From: an uncultured Actinomycetota bacterium
Lineage (GTDB): Bacteria > Actinomycetota > Actinomycetes > Mycobacteriales > SCTD01
Reading direction: 5' to 3'
Length of the DNA stretch: 64,000 nt
Assembly (NCBI GenBank): GCA_963784705.1
Contig: CAWASC010000014.1
Location: forward strand, 172,898-236,897
Shown piece after piece: positions 28,689 to 38,652 of this stretch. The number at the start of each line of letters is the position of its first letter. The stretch's first letter is position 1. The notes under the pieces were generated by a model. The model saw only the letters and a list, made by a program, of their open reading frames with translations. It did no database searches and was not told where the DNA came from. The position numbers and the translations under genes were made by a program.

Positions 28689-29403
28689 CGCACCCCTCGG
28701 GGCGTTCGTCGCCGAGGCCGCCGGTCTCGACTGGATCCGCGTACCCGGCGGACCGCCGGTCCCGCAGGTGTTGTCGGTGACGGCCACGGCGCTCACGTTG
28801 CAGCGAGTCACCCCTGCCGCGCCGACCGTCGCCCACGCCGAGGACCTCGGACGGCGCCTGGCCGTCCTGCACCGCGTGGGTGCCCCGTCGTTCGGTGCCC
28901 CGTGGACCGGGTTCATCGGACCGGTCGACGACCTGCTCCCCCTCGACAACATGGCCGACCCGACCTGGGCCGAGCACTTCCGTGCCCGCCGGATGGAGCC
29001 GGCGCTGTCCGCGGCGCGGGACCGGGGGCGCGTGTCCGCGGACGACGCCGCCGCGGTGACCCGTGTCCTCGCCCTGCTCCCGGACCTTGTCCCCGACGAG
29101 CCGCCCAGCCGCCTGCACGGTGACCTGTGGAACGGCAACGTCCTGTGGTCCGACGACGCCGCCTGGCTCATCGACCCGGCGGCGCACGGGGGTCACCGCG
29201 AGACCGACCTGGCGATGCTGGCGCTGTTCGGCCTCCCCCACCTCGACCGGGTCCTCGCTGCGTACGACGAGAGCTCGCCCCTCGCCGACGGCTGGCGTGA
29301 GCGACAGGCGCTGCACCAGCTGTGGCCCCTGCTCGTGCACGCCGCACTGTTCGGTGGCGACTACGGACGTCGGGCGGGGGACGCCGCCCGCACCTTCACC
29401 TGA
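28660..29403 (+). CDS. fructosamine/ketosamine-3-kinase family protein
   Basis: LHGDLWNGNVLW and IDPAAHGGHRETDLAML motifs of the FN3K/APH-fold family. Start uncertain (GTG 28660 chosen, ATG 28567 possible); either one overlaps the phosphatase gene. Confidence 0.8.
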   Translation: MDAWTKSRADAPLGAFVAEAAGLDWIRVPGGPPVPQVLSVTATALTLQRVTPAAPTVAHAEDLGRRLAVLHRVGAPSFGAPWTGFIGPVDDLLPLDNMADPTWAEHFRARRMEPALSAARDRGRVSADDAAAVTRVLALLPDLVPDEPPSRLHGDLWNGNVLWSDDAAWLIDPAAHGGHRETDLAMLALFGLPHLDRVLAAYDESSPLADGWRERQALHQLWPLLVHAALFGGDYGRRAGDAARTFT

Positions 29404-29413
29404 GCTCCCTGGC

Positions 29414-29419
29414 TAGGGT
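29414..29419 (+). promoter_or_regulatory. candidate -10 element (TAGGGT) for a leaderless transcript
   Basis: A TANNNT hexamer ends 6 nt before ATG 29426. Confidence 0.4.
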
Positions 29420-29425
29420 CGCCAC

Positions 29426-30163
29426 ATGGACCTGCAGCTGGCCGGCAAGGTGTTCGTGCTCACCGGCGCCTCGCGCGGTCTGGGCCTGGCCACGGCGCGC
29501 GTGCTGACCGGTGAGGGGGCGCACGTCGTCCTCGCGGCGCGCTCACCGGGCGTCGTCGACGTCGCCCACCGGCTCGGTGGCACCGGTGTGGTCTGCGACC
29601 TCGCCGATGTCGACGCACCGGAGCGCATCGTGGACGCGGCCCGGACGGCGTACGGCCGGCTCGACGGAGCACTCCTCAGCGTGGGAGGACCGCCCGCCGG
29701 GACAGCGCTGGGGCTCACCGACGACCAGTGGACCAGCGCCTTCGACAGCGTCTTCCTCGGCGCCGTACGCATGTGCCGTGCCGTCGTCGACGGCCTCGAC
29801 GCCGGCGGCTCGATCGCCCTCGTGCTGTCCACGAGCGTCAAGGCTCCGATCAGCGGCCTCGCGGCGAGCAACGGCCTGCGCCCCGGCCTCGCCATGCTGG
29901 CCAAGACGATGGCGGACGAGCTGGGCGGGCGGAGCATCCGCGTCAACGGGCTGCTGCCGGGCCGGGTGGACACCGACCGGGTGCGCGAGCTCGACGGTCC
30001 CGATCCGGCCGTGCGCGCCGAGCGCGCGGCTGCCATCCCCCTCGGGAGGTACGGCGAGCCGGAGGAGTTCGGGCGGGTGGCAGCGTTCGTCCTGTCACCC
30101 GCGGCGTCGTACGTCACGGGCGCGATGATCCCGGTGGACGGCGGCGCGACCCGCGCGCTGTGA
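29426..30163 (+). CDS. SDR family oxidoreductase
   Basis: LTGASRGLG cofactor motif and C-terminal YVTGAMIPVDGG. 245 aa. Confidence 0.82.
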   Translation: MDLQLAGKVFVLTGASRGLGLATARVLTGEGAHVVLAARSPGVVDVAHRLGGTGVVCDLADVDAPERIVDAARTAYGRLDGALLSVGGPPAGTALGLTDDQWTSAFDSVFLGAVRMCRAVVDGLDAGGSIALVLSTSVKAPISGLAASNGLRPGLAMLAKTMADELGGRSIRVNGLLPGRVDTDRVRELDGPDPAVRAERAAAIPLGRYGEPEEFGRVAAFVLSPAASYVTGAMIPVDGGATRAL

Positions 30164-30175
30164 GCGAAATCCCCT

Positions 30176-30195
30176 GGCCCGGTGACCACCGGGCC
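30176..30195. terminator. GC-rich palindrome after the SDR gene
   Basis: GGCCCGGTG-AC-CACCGGGCC, with perfect 9-bp arms, 13 bp after the stop at 30163. Confidence 0.4.
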
Positions 30196-30209
30196 GCTAG
30201 ACACAGGGG

Positions 30210-31199
30210 GTGCGCATCGACCTGGTTGACGATCTGGCCTCCCTGCAGGACTTCCAGTCGGTGGAGGAGGCGGCCCTCGCGCATCACTTCGTGGGGCTGC
30301 CGGCCGACCCGATGGAGGAGCGGATCCCCCTGCTCGACGGGCAGGCGCGGGCCGGGAACCTGACCCGGATGTACGTCGCACGCGACGACGACGGGACGCC
30401 CGTGGGGAGCCTGACACTCACGTTCCCCACCCTGGACAACCTGGTCACCGCCAACGTGGACGGCGCCGTCCATCCGGACCACCTGCGTCAGGGACGTGGT
30501 CGCGCACTGATGACTCATGCGCTCGACCTGGTCCGGGCAGAGGGGCGCTCGCGCGTCTTCGTCGAGGCGCCGTGGCTGCCCGACGGCGCCGAAGGCCCCT
30601 CCTTCGGGTTCCTGCGGGACGCCGGCGCCCGGATCGTGCTCGACGACTACCGCCGCATCATCGACCTGGTCGCTCACCCGCCGGGTGACCCGATGCCCGC
30701 TCCCGAGGGCTATCACGTCGAGCAGTGGGTGGATGTCGCGCCCGACGCGCTCGTCGACGGCTGCGCCTACCTCCTGGGCCGGATGACGCTCGATGCCCCC
30801 ATGGGCGAGATGGACTACGAGCAGGAGAAGTGGGACGCCACCCGGTACCGCGACGAGGAGCGGGACACCCAGCAGCGAGGACGGGTGCGCGTCTCCACCG
30901 CCGTCGTGCACGACGCGTCCGGGCAGGTCGCGGGGTGCACGGACATCGGCGTGAACCGGCGACGCACGGACGTGGCGTACCAGTGGAACACGATCGTCGA
31001 CCCGGATCACCGGGGCAGGCGGCTCGGCATGGTGCTCAAGAGCCACAACCACCAGTTCCTCACCCGGCAGGTCCCGGGCGTCCGGTGGATCAACACGTGG
31101 AACGCCGCGAGCAACGCCTTCATGGTCGCCGTCAACGACGCGCTCGGCTTCGAGGTCGCCGAGAAGTGGAGCGAGTGGCAGCTGGAGCTGTCGGACTAG
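30210..31199 (+). CDS. tandem-GNAT N-acetyltransferase
   Basis: 329 aa with two GNAT-like halves (VHPDHLRQGRGRALMTHAL and VDPDHRGRRLGMVLKSHN acetyl-CoA-binding segments). Confidence 0.75.
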   Translation: MRIDLVDDLASLQDFQSVEEAALAHHFVGLPADPMEERIPLLDGQARAGNLTRMYVARDDDGTPVGSLTLTFPTLDNLVTANVDGAVHPDHLRQGRGRALMTHALDLVRAEGRSRVFVEAPWLPDGAEGPSFGFLRDAGARIVLDDYRRIIDLVAHPPGDPMPAPEGYHVEQWVDVAPDALVDGCAYLLGRMTLDAPMGEMDYEQEKWDATRYRDEERDTQQRGRVRVSTAVVHDASGQVAGCTDIGVNRRRTDVAYQWNTIVDPDHRGRRLGMVLKSHNHQFLTRQVPGVRWINTWNAASNAFMVAVNDALGFEVAEKWSEWQLELSD

Positions 31200-33121
31200 T
31201 CGACCGCCGGCTCCGGCATCGGCTCCAGCGCCGCTTGCCGCTCGAACTGCGTGCGGTAGAGCTCCGCGAACAGCCCGTCGGTGGCGAGGAGCTCGGGGAA
31301 GGTGCCCCGCTCCGCCACCCGACCGTCGGCGATGACGAGGATCTGGTCGGCGTCGCGCACGGTCGAGAGGCGGTGGGCGATGACCACCGACGTCCGGCCC
31401 TGCAGTGCCGTCGACAGGGCGCGTTGCACCGCCGCCTCCGACTCGCTGTCCAGGTGGGCGGTGGCCTCGTCCAGGACCACCAGACCGGGCTCCTTCAGGA
31501 GCAGCCGGGCGATCGCCATGCGCTGCTTCTCGCCGCCGGACAGCCGGTAGCCGCGGTCGCCCACGACCGTGTCGAGCCCGTCCGGCAGGGAGCGCACCAG
31601 CGAGCCGACCTGCGCAGCCTCCAGGGCTGACCACAGCTGCGCCTCCGACGCCTCCGGGCGGGCGTAGAGCAGGTTGGCGCGGATGGAGTCGTGGAACATG
31701 TGCGCGTCCTGCGTGACGACCCCGACGGCGTCGCGCAACGACTGAAGGGTCACGTCGCGGACGTCGACCCCACCGAGGCGGATGGAGCCGGACTGGACGT
31801 CGTACATCCTGGTGAGGAGCTGGGAAATGGTGGTCTTGCCCGCTCCGGACGGGCCCACCAGAGCCGTGAGGGTGCCTGCCGGGGCGGTGAAGGAGACGCC
31901 GTGCAGGACCTGCTGCGGCTCGGTGCTATCGAGGACGGCGACCGACTCCAGCGAGGCGAGTGACACCTCCTCGGCGCGGGGGTAGCGGAACGCGATGTCC
32001 TCCACGACGAGGTCCATGGCCGACCGCGGCAGGGCCACCGCGCCCGGTCGCTCGGCCACCATGGGCTCGAGGTCCAGCACCTCGAAGACCCGCTCGAACG
32101 ACACGAGCGCCGTCATGACGTCCACCCTGACGTTGGACAGCGCCGTGAGCGGGCCGTAGAGCCGCGTCAGCAGGGTCGCGAGGGCCACCACCGTGCCGAC
32201 CTGCAGGGTGCCTCGCGCGGCGTAGGTGCCGCCGACGCCGTAGACCAGTGCGGTGGCGAGCGCGGCGACGGTGGTGAGAGCCACGAAGAACACCCGCCCG
32301 TACATCGCGGACGTCACGCCGATGTCGCGCACCCGTCCGGCGCGCTCCCGGAAGGCCTGGTCCTCCTGGTCGGGACGGCCGAAGAGCTTGACGAGCAAGG
32401 CGCCGGAGACGTTGAACCGCTCGGTCATCGAGTTGTTCATCTCGGCGTTGAGCGCGTAGCTCTCGCGGGTGAGCTCCTGCAGCCGCTTGCCGACGATCTT
32501 GGCGGGGATGACGAACACGGGCAGGAGCACGAGGGACAGCAGCGTGATCTGCCACGAGAGCACGAACATGACCACCAGGGTCAACGTGACCCCGATGACG
32601 TTCGAGACGACGTTCGACAGGGTCCCGGTGAACGCCTGCTGCGCACCGAGGACGTCGTTGTTCAGCCGGCTGATGAGGGCGCCGGTCTGGGTGCGGGTGA
32701 AGAAGGCGATCGGCTGTCGCTGCACGTGCCCGTAGACCTGCGAGCGCAGGTCGTAGATGAGGCCCTCCCCGATGCGGGCGGAGTACCACCGGTTCACCAG
32801 CCCGGTCACCGCGTCGACCAGCGCGAGGACCGCCACGAACGCCGCCAGCGCCAGGACCAGGCCGGGACGGCCGGTGGTGGGCGGGTTGGTGCCGATCCCG
32901 TCGTCGATGATCTTCTTGAGCACCAGCGGCGGGGCGATCGCGATGACGGCGTCGATCACGATCACCACCAGGAAGGCGATGAGCTGACGGCGGTACGGCG
33001 CGGCAAACCGTGCGATGCGCTTCACCGTCCCCGGCGCGAGCTTGCGGTCGGTGACGCTGGCGTCGCGCTGGAAGGACCGCATCATCTGCATGGGGCCACC
33101 TGGCCCCATCGGTCCCGACAT
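31196..33121 (-). CDS. ABC exporter, fused permease-ATPase (MsbA/type I exporter-like)
   Basis: Six-helix TMD. Walker A GPSGAGKTT, signature LSGGEKQR, Walker B LVVLDEATAHLD. Confidence 0.9.
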   Translation of the reverse strand: MSGPMGPGGPMQMMRSFQRDASVTDRKLAPGTVKRIARFAAPYRRQLIAFLVVIVIDAVIAIAPPLVLKKIIDDGIGTNPPTTGRPGLVLALAAFVAVLALVDAVTGLVNRWYSARIGEGLIYDLRSQVYGHVQRQPIAFFTRTQTGALISRLNNDVLGAQQAFTGTLSNVVSNVIGVTLTLVVMFVLSWQITLLSLVLLPVFVIPAKIVGKRLQELTRESYALNAEMNNSMTERFNVSGALLVKLFGRPDQEDQAFRERAGRVRDIGVTSAMYGRVFFVALTTVAALATALVYGVGGTYAARGTLQVGTVVALATLLTRLYGPLTALSNVRVDVMTALVSFERVFEVLDLEPMVAERPGAVALPRSAMDLVVEDIAFRYPRAEEVSLASLESVAVLDSTEPQQVLHGVSFTAPAGTLTALVGPSGAGKTTISQLLTRMYDVQSGSIRLGGVDVRDVTLQSLRDAVGVVTQDAHMFHDSIRANLLYARPEASEAQLWSALEAAQVGSLVRSLPDGLDTVVGDRGYRLSGGEKQRMAIARLLLKEPGLVVLDEATAHLDSESEAAVQRALSTALQGRTSVVIAHRLSTVRDADQILVIADGRVAERGTFPELLATDGLFAELYRTQFERQAALEPMPEPAVD

Positions 33122-33171
33122 CCGTGCTCCTCCCCGGGCGGCCCGGCGAGCGGTCGCTCAGGTCGCGGTTC

Positions 33172-34326
33172 CTAGAAGGCGCTGATCCCGGTCAGCGCTC
33201 GCCCGATGATGAGCTTCTGGATCTGGGAGGTGCCTTCGTACAACGTCGTAACGCGCGCGTCGCGCAGGTACTTCCCGGCGGGGTACTCGTCGATGTAGCC
33301 GTAGCCCCCGTGCGCCTGGACGCAGGCGTTCGCGGCACGCACCGAGGCCTCGCTGGCGTAGTACTTCGCCTTCGACGCGGCGAGGGAGTAGTCCTCACCT
33401 CGGGTCTTGAGGTCGGCAACCCGCCAGGTCAGCAGGCGCGCGCAGTCGACCTCGACCGCGGTGTCGGCGATGAGCTCCTGCACGAGCTGGTGGCCGGCGA
33501 TGACCTTGCCGAACTGCGTGCGCTGGGTGGTGTAGGCGACCATCGTGTCCAGCGCCGCCTGGGCGAGGCCGGTGCACGACGCGCCGAGCGACATGCGCCC
33601 GTCGTTGAGGGCGGTGAGGGCGACCCGGATGCCCTTGCCCTCCTCGCCGCCGAGCAGCGCCTCGGGGCCGACGCGGACGTCGCGCAGGACGAGCTCTGCG
33701 GTGTCGCACGAGCGCAGGCCGAGCTTGCCGTGGATCTTGCGCGCCTCGAAGCCCGGGGTGTCGTTGGGCACGAGGAACGCGCTCACGCCCTTGGCCCCCG
33801 GTCCGCCCGTGCGCGCCATGAACAGCGTGACGCCGGCGATCGTGCCGTTGGTGATGAAGATCTTGGTGCCGTTGAGCAGGTAGCCGCCATCGGGTTGCCG
33901 GACCGCCGAGGCCTGCAGGTCGGCGGGGTTGGAGCCGAAGTCGGGCTCGGTGAGACCGAAGCAGCCGAGCACCTCGCCAGTGGCCATCCGCGGCAGCCAG
34001 TGGTCCTTCTGCTCGTCGGTGCCCCAGCGCTCGATGGACCCGGCGACCAGGCCGAGGTGGACGCTGACGATGCTGCGCACGTTGGCGTCCCCGCGACCGA
34101 GCTCCTCGATGAACAGCACGTAGGACAGCGGGTCGCCGCCTCCACCGCCGTACTGCTCCGGGATGGAGAGCCCGAGGAAGCCCGTCTGCTTCAGCCCCTC
34201 CAGGGCTTCTTGCGGGAAGCGCTCCTTGCGGTCGTTCTCCAGGGCGTGGGGAGCGACGACGTCGTCCACCCACTCCTTGACGGCCTTGCGGACGGCGTCC
34301 TGCTCCGGGGTCAGCGTGAGGTCCAT
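33172..34326 (-). CDS. acyl-CoA dehydrogenase
   Basis: 384 aa. GLTEPDFGSNPADL, ITNGT and YEGTSQIQKLIIGR motifs. Confidence 0.9.
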   Translation of the reverse strand: MDLTLTPEQDAVRKAVKEWVDDVVAPHALENDRKERFPQEALEGLKQTGFLGLSIPEQYGGGGGDPLSYVLFIEELGRGDANVRSIVSVHLGLVAGSIERWGTDEQKDHWLPRMATGEVLGCFGLTEPDFGSNPADLQASAVRQPDGGYLLNGTKIFITNGTIAGVTLFMARTGGPGAKGVSAFLVPNDTPGFEARKIHGKLGLRSCDTAELVLRDVRVGPEALLGGEEGKGIRVALTALNDGRMSLGASCTGLAQAALDTMVAYTTQRTQFGKVIAGHQLVQELIADTAVEVDCARLLTWRVADLKTRGEDYSLAASKAKYYASEASVRAANACVQAHGGYGYIDEYPAGKYLRDARVTTLYEGTSQIQKLIIGRALTGISAF

Positions 34327-34377
34327 GCCCTCAGCCTTGCACCGGTCTGCCGCGTCGTGCGAGCCGACCCGCGGCGG

Positions 34378-34587
34378 TCAGGCCTTCGGGCCGCGCGTCG
34401 CCCCACCGCGCCCGCGCAACGGGACGCCCGACTCCGACAGGATCCGGTGCACGAACCCGTAGGAGCGACCGGACTGCTCGGCCAGCGCGCGGATGCTGGC
34501 GCCGCCCTCGTACTTCTCCCGCAAAGCATCGGCGAGCGAGGTGCGCTCGCCCCCCGTGATGCGACTGCCCTTCTTGAGTTCCGTCAC
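34378..34587 (-). CDS. small helix-turn-helix DNA-binding protein
   Basis: 69 aa. ASIRALAEQSGRSYGFVHRILSESG is an HTH. GTG start after AGAGGA. Confidence 0.7.
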   Translation of the reverse strand: MTELKKGSRITGGERTSLADALREKYEGGASIRALAEQSGRSYGFVHRILSESGVPLRGRGGATRGPKA

Positions 34588-34680
34588 AACGGCGTCCTCT
34601 CGTCAGCTCTCGGCTGGGCCGGGGCCCCGGTGATCTTGTCCCAGCGATCAGGAACGGGACTACCCGCTCCGAAGCCGCAT

Positions 34681-36233
34681 TCAAGCCTGTTTCGGGGCAC
34701 CAGTGAGAAGCCACACGGCAGCGCCGGGCGGAAGGACAGCGGAGAGTGGCTCGGAAGACAGGAAGACCTCCCCTTCCGGCAGGGGTACGCCGGAGGCGCT
34801 GGTGTTGAGCACGCACTGCAGCGGCCCCCGTCGGAAGGCGAGCAATCCCGGGCCCAGGTCGTCCCAGTGGATGTCCCGGCTCTCCGTGACCTCCGCACCC
34901 AGGGCCCGGCGGGCGGACAGAGCACGGCGGTAGAAGGTGAGCGTCGACGCGGCGTCCCCCGCCTCCACGTCCACGGCCCGGGTGGTGGCCTGCGGCCCCA
35001 GCGGCAACCACGGACGTCCGGTCGTGAAGCCGTGTCCGGGCGGATCCGCCGTCCACGGCAGAGGCGTCCGGCAGCCGTCCCGGCCCTCGACCCGGCCGCC
35101 CGAGCGGCGCCAGATCGGGTCCTGCCGCGCGTCGTCCGGCAGGTCGTCCTGCTCCAGTCCGAGCTCTTCGCCCTGGTAGAGGTACGGCGAGCCGGGGAGC
35201 GCCAGCACGGTCAGCGTGGCGGCACGCGCGCGACGTCGACCCTCCTCGCCTCCGCCGTACCTCGTCGCGTGGCGGATGACGTCGTGGTTGGACAGCACCC
35301 AGGTCGGCGAGGTCCCCTCACCCTCGAACGCTGCCAGCGACGCGGTGATGATCGCCCGCCAGGTGGCGGCGTCGAGCGGCGCGGCGAGCAGGGGGAAGTT
35401 GAAGGACTGGTGCAGCAGGTCCGGTGCGACGAAGCGTGCCACCTGCTCCACCCGTGACAGGAACACCTCTCCGACCATCACGCGATCGGCGTACTCCTCG
35501 GTGATCTCACGCCAGCGGCGGTAGACCTCGACCACCTCTGGCTGGTCCCAGGCGTGCGGCATCGTCGAGGCGTGGAACAGGACACCGTCGGGCTCGAGCC
35601 CCGGGGGGTTGTCGGCGAGGTCGGCGCGCTTGTAGAGGCCGTGGGCGACGTCGATGCGGAAGCCGTCGGCGCCCCGGTCCAGCCAGAAGCGCAGGATGCG
35701 GTCCCACTCCGCGTGCACAGCGGGGTGACGCCAGTCGAAGTCCGGCTGGCTGCTGTCGAACAGGTGGAGGTACCACGCGCCGTCCGGGACCTGGGTCCAC
35801 GCCGGCCCCCCGAACACCGACTGCCAGTCGTTGGGCGGTCCGTCGCCACGCCCCTCCCGGAACAGGTAGCGCTCTCTCATCGGGGAGGCCGGATCGGTGA
35901 GCGCCTCCTGGAACCACGCGTGCTGGTCGCTGCTGTGGTTGGGAACCAGGTCCACGATCACCCGCAGACCGAGGTCGTGGGCGCGGGCCAGGAGAGCGTC
36001 CGCGTCGGCGAGCGTGCCGAAGAGCGGGTCGACGTCGCACTGGTCGGCGACGTCGTACCCGTGATCGGCCATGGGCGAGCGGTAGAACGGCGTGAGCCAG
36101 ACGGCGTCGACGCCGAGGTCCACGAGGTACGGCAGGTGCGCGGTGATGCCGGGCAGGTCGCCGATGCCGTTGCCGTCGCTGTCCGCCCAGCTGCGGACGT
36201 AGACCTGGTAGACGACCGCGTCGCGCCACCAGC

Positions 36234-36237
<4 letters not shown>
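34681..36237 (-). CDS. GH13 alpha-glucosidase (oligo-1,6-glucosidase/AglA-like)
   Basis: WWRDAVVYQVYVRSWADSDGNGIGDL, GVDAVWLTPFY, DLVPNHSS, GFRIDVAH, VGEV, and SNHD. Confidence 0.9.
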
Positions 36238-37319
<1,082 letters not shown>

Positions 37320-37369
37320 GAGCTGTCCTTCCACCGGCAGGAACGTGCCGGACGGTCCGAGTGGCAGGA

Positions 37370-37447
37370 GTCTTCGTGATGTCGTCGTGGTGTCGTCGTG
37401 GTGTCGTCGTGTCAGTGTCGTCGTGAGGTCGTCGTGAGGTCGTTGTC
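37370..37447. repeat. array of seven GTCGTCGTG 9-mers at about 11-bp phasing
   Basis: Copies start at 37370 (GTCTTCGTG), 37381, 37392, 37403, 37417, 37428 and 37439 (GTCGTTGTC). Spacings are 11, 11, 11, 14, 11 and 11. Confidence 0.9.
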
Positions 37448-37480
37448 TCACCTCGCATCCTGAGGCACACTGCGGCCAGG

Positions 37481-37494
37481 TGCAAGCGTTTGCA
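37481..37494. promoter_or_regulatory. LacI-family operator-like palindrome
   Basis: TGCAAGCGTTTGCA, an imperfect 14-bp palindrome with a central CG, 29 bp upstream of the lacI-family ATG. Confidence 0.6.
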
Positions 37495-37522
37495 AGGATC
37501 GTCCTGAGGAGGCGCGTGTCGC

Positions 37523-38575
37523 ATGGCCGACGCACCGAGGGGTGGACGGGTCGAGGCCCGCATCGAGGACGTCGCGCGCGCCGCCGGCGTGTCCACAGCC
37601 ACGGTGTCCCGTGCCCTCAGGGGCCTGCCGAGCGTCTCGGAGGCCACCCGCCTGCGGGTGTCGGGGGCAGCGAGCGACCTCGGGTACGTCGTCAGCCGCT
37701 CGGCGTCCCGCCTGGCGACCGGACGCACCCTCGCGGTGGCTGTTGTGTCGCCGTACCTGGACCGGTGGTTCTTCGCGACAGCCACGGCAGCGGTCGAGGC
37801 CGAGCTGCGGCAGAGCGGCTTCGACGCGTTGCTGATCGGTCTGGCCCAGCCCGAGGACGGCGCACGTCCGCCGTTCTCCGCCGGCGTCCTGCGCGGTCGC
37901 GTGGACGCCGTGATCGTGCTCACGGTCCCTCTTACGGGAGCAGAGCTCGACGAGGTACGCGCCCTGCGGCTGCCCACGGTCTTCCTGGGCGCCTCGGTCC
38001 CGGGCGCCATGTGCGTGCGCATCGACGACATGGCGGCGGCCCGGCTCGCGACCGAGCACCTGCTGCAGCACGGACACCGTGACATCGCCTTCGTGGGTGG
38101 CGATCCGGCGCAGCGGCTCAACTTCAGCACCCCGGCCGACCGTCGTGCGGGGTGGCTCGCAGCGCTGCGCGACGCCGGGCAGGAGCCGGATCCGGCGTAC
38201 GACGAGGCTGGGGACTTCACGGCCGAGGGCGGGCGCTGCGCGGCGACGCGCCTGCTCCGCCTGCCACGTCCACCGACGGCCGTGTTCGCCGCCTCGGACG
38301 AGATGGCGCTCGGCGTGCTGGCCGCTGCCCGTGAGGTCGGCGTCCGCGTGCCCGAGGACCTGTCCGTCATCGGGGTGGACGGGCACGAGCTCGGGACGCT
38401 CGCCGGTCTGACGAGCGTCGTCCAGCCCGTGGCGCACCAGGGCACCTCGGCGGCGCGCATGGTGCTCGAGGCGCTCGCGGGAACGCGCAGCCGGGCGAGC
38501 GAGCACGTCGTCCTCCCGGTGCGGCTCCAGCCGGGACATACCGTCGCAGCCGTTCCGACCGTTATCGGATCGTGA
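37523..38575 (+). CDS. LacI family transcriptional regulator
   Basis: N-terminal HTH IEDVARAAGVSTATVSRALRG plus a periplasmic-binding-protein-like sugar-binding core. Confidence 0.92.
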   Translation: MADAPRGGRVEARIEDVARAAGVSTATVSRALRGLPSVSEATRLRVSGAASDLGYVVSRSASRLATGRTLAVAVVSPYLDRWFFATATAAVEAELRQSGFDALLIGLAQPEDGARPPFSAGVLRGRVDAVIVLTVPLTGAELDEVRALRLPTVFLGASVPGAMCVRIDDMAAARLATEHLLQHGHRDIAFVGGDPAQRLNFSTPADRRAGWLAALRDAGQEPDPAYDEAGDFTAEGGRCAATRLLRLPRPPTAVFAASDEMALGVLAAAREVGVRVPEDLSVIGVDGHELGTLAGLTSVVQPVAHQGTSAARMVLEALAGTRSRASEHVVLPVRLQPGHTVAAVPTVIGS

Positions 38576-38611
38576 CCGCGTGAGGACTCTGCATCTGTTG
38601 CCGGGACGTAA

Positions 38612-38625
38612 CGCAAGCGCTTGCA
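38612..38625. promoter_or_regulatory. LacI-family operator-like palindrome
   Basis: CGCAAGCGCTTGCA contains the perfect 12-bp palindrome GCAAGCGCTTGC, 28 bp upstream of the solute-binding-protein ATG. Confidence 0.6.
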
Positions 38626-38652
38626 TGAGGCTCGTCGGGGCGCACCGACCGG

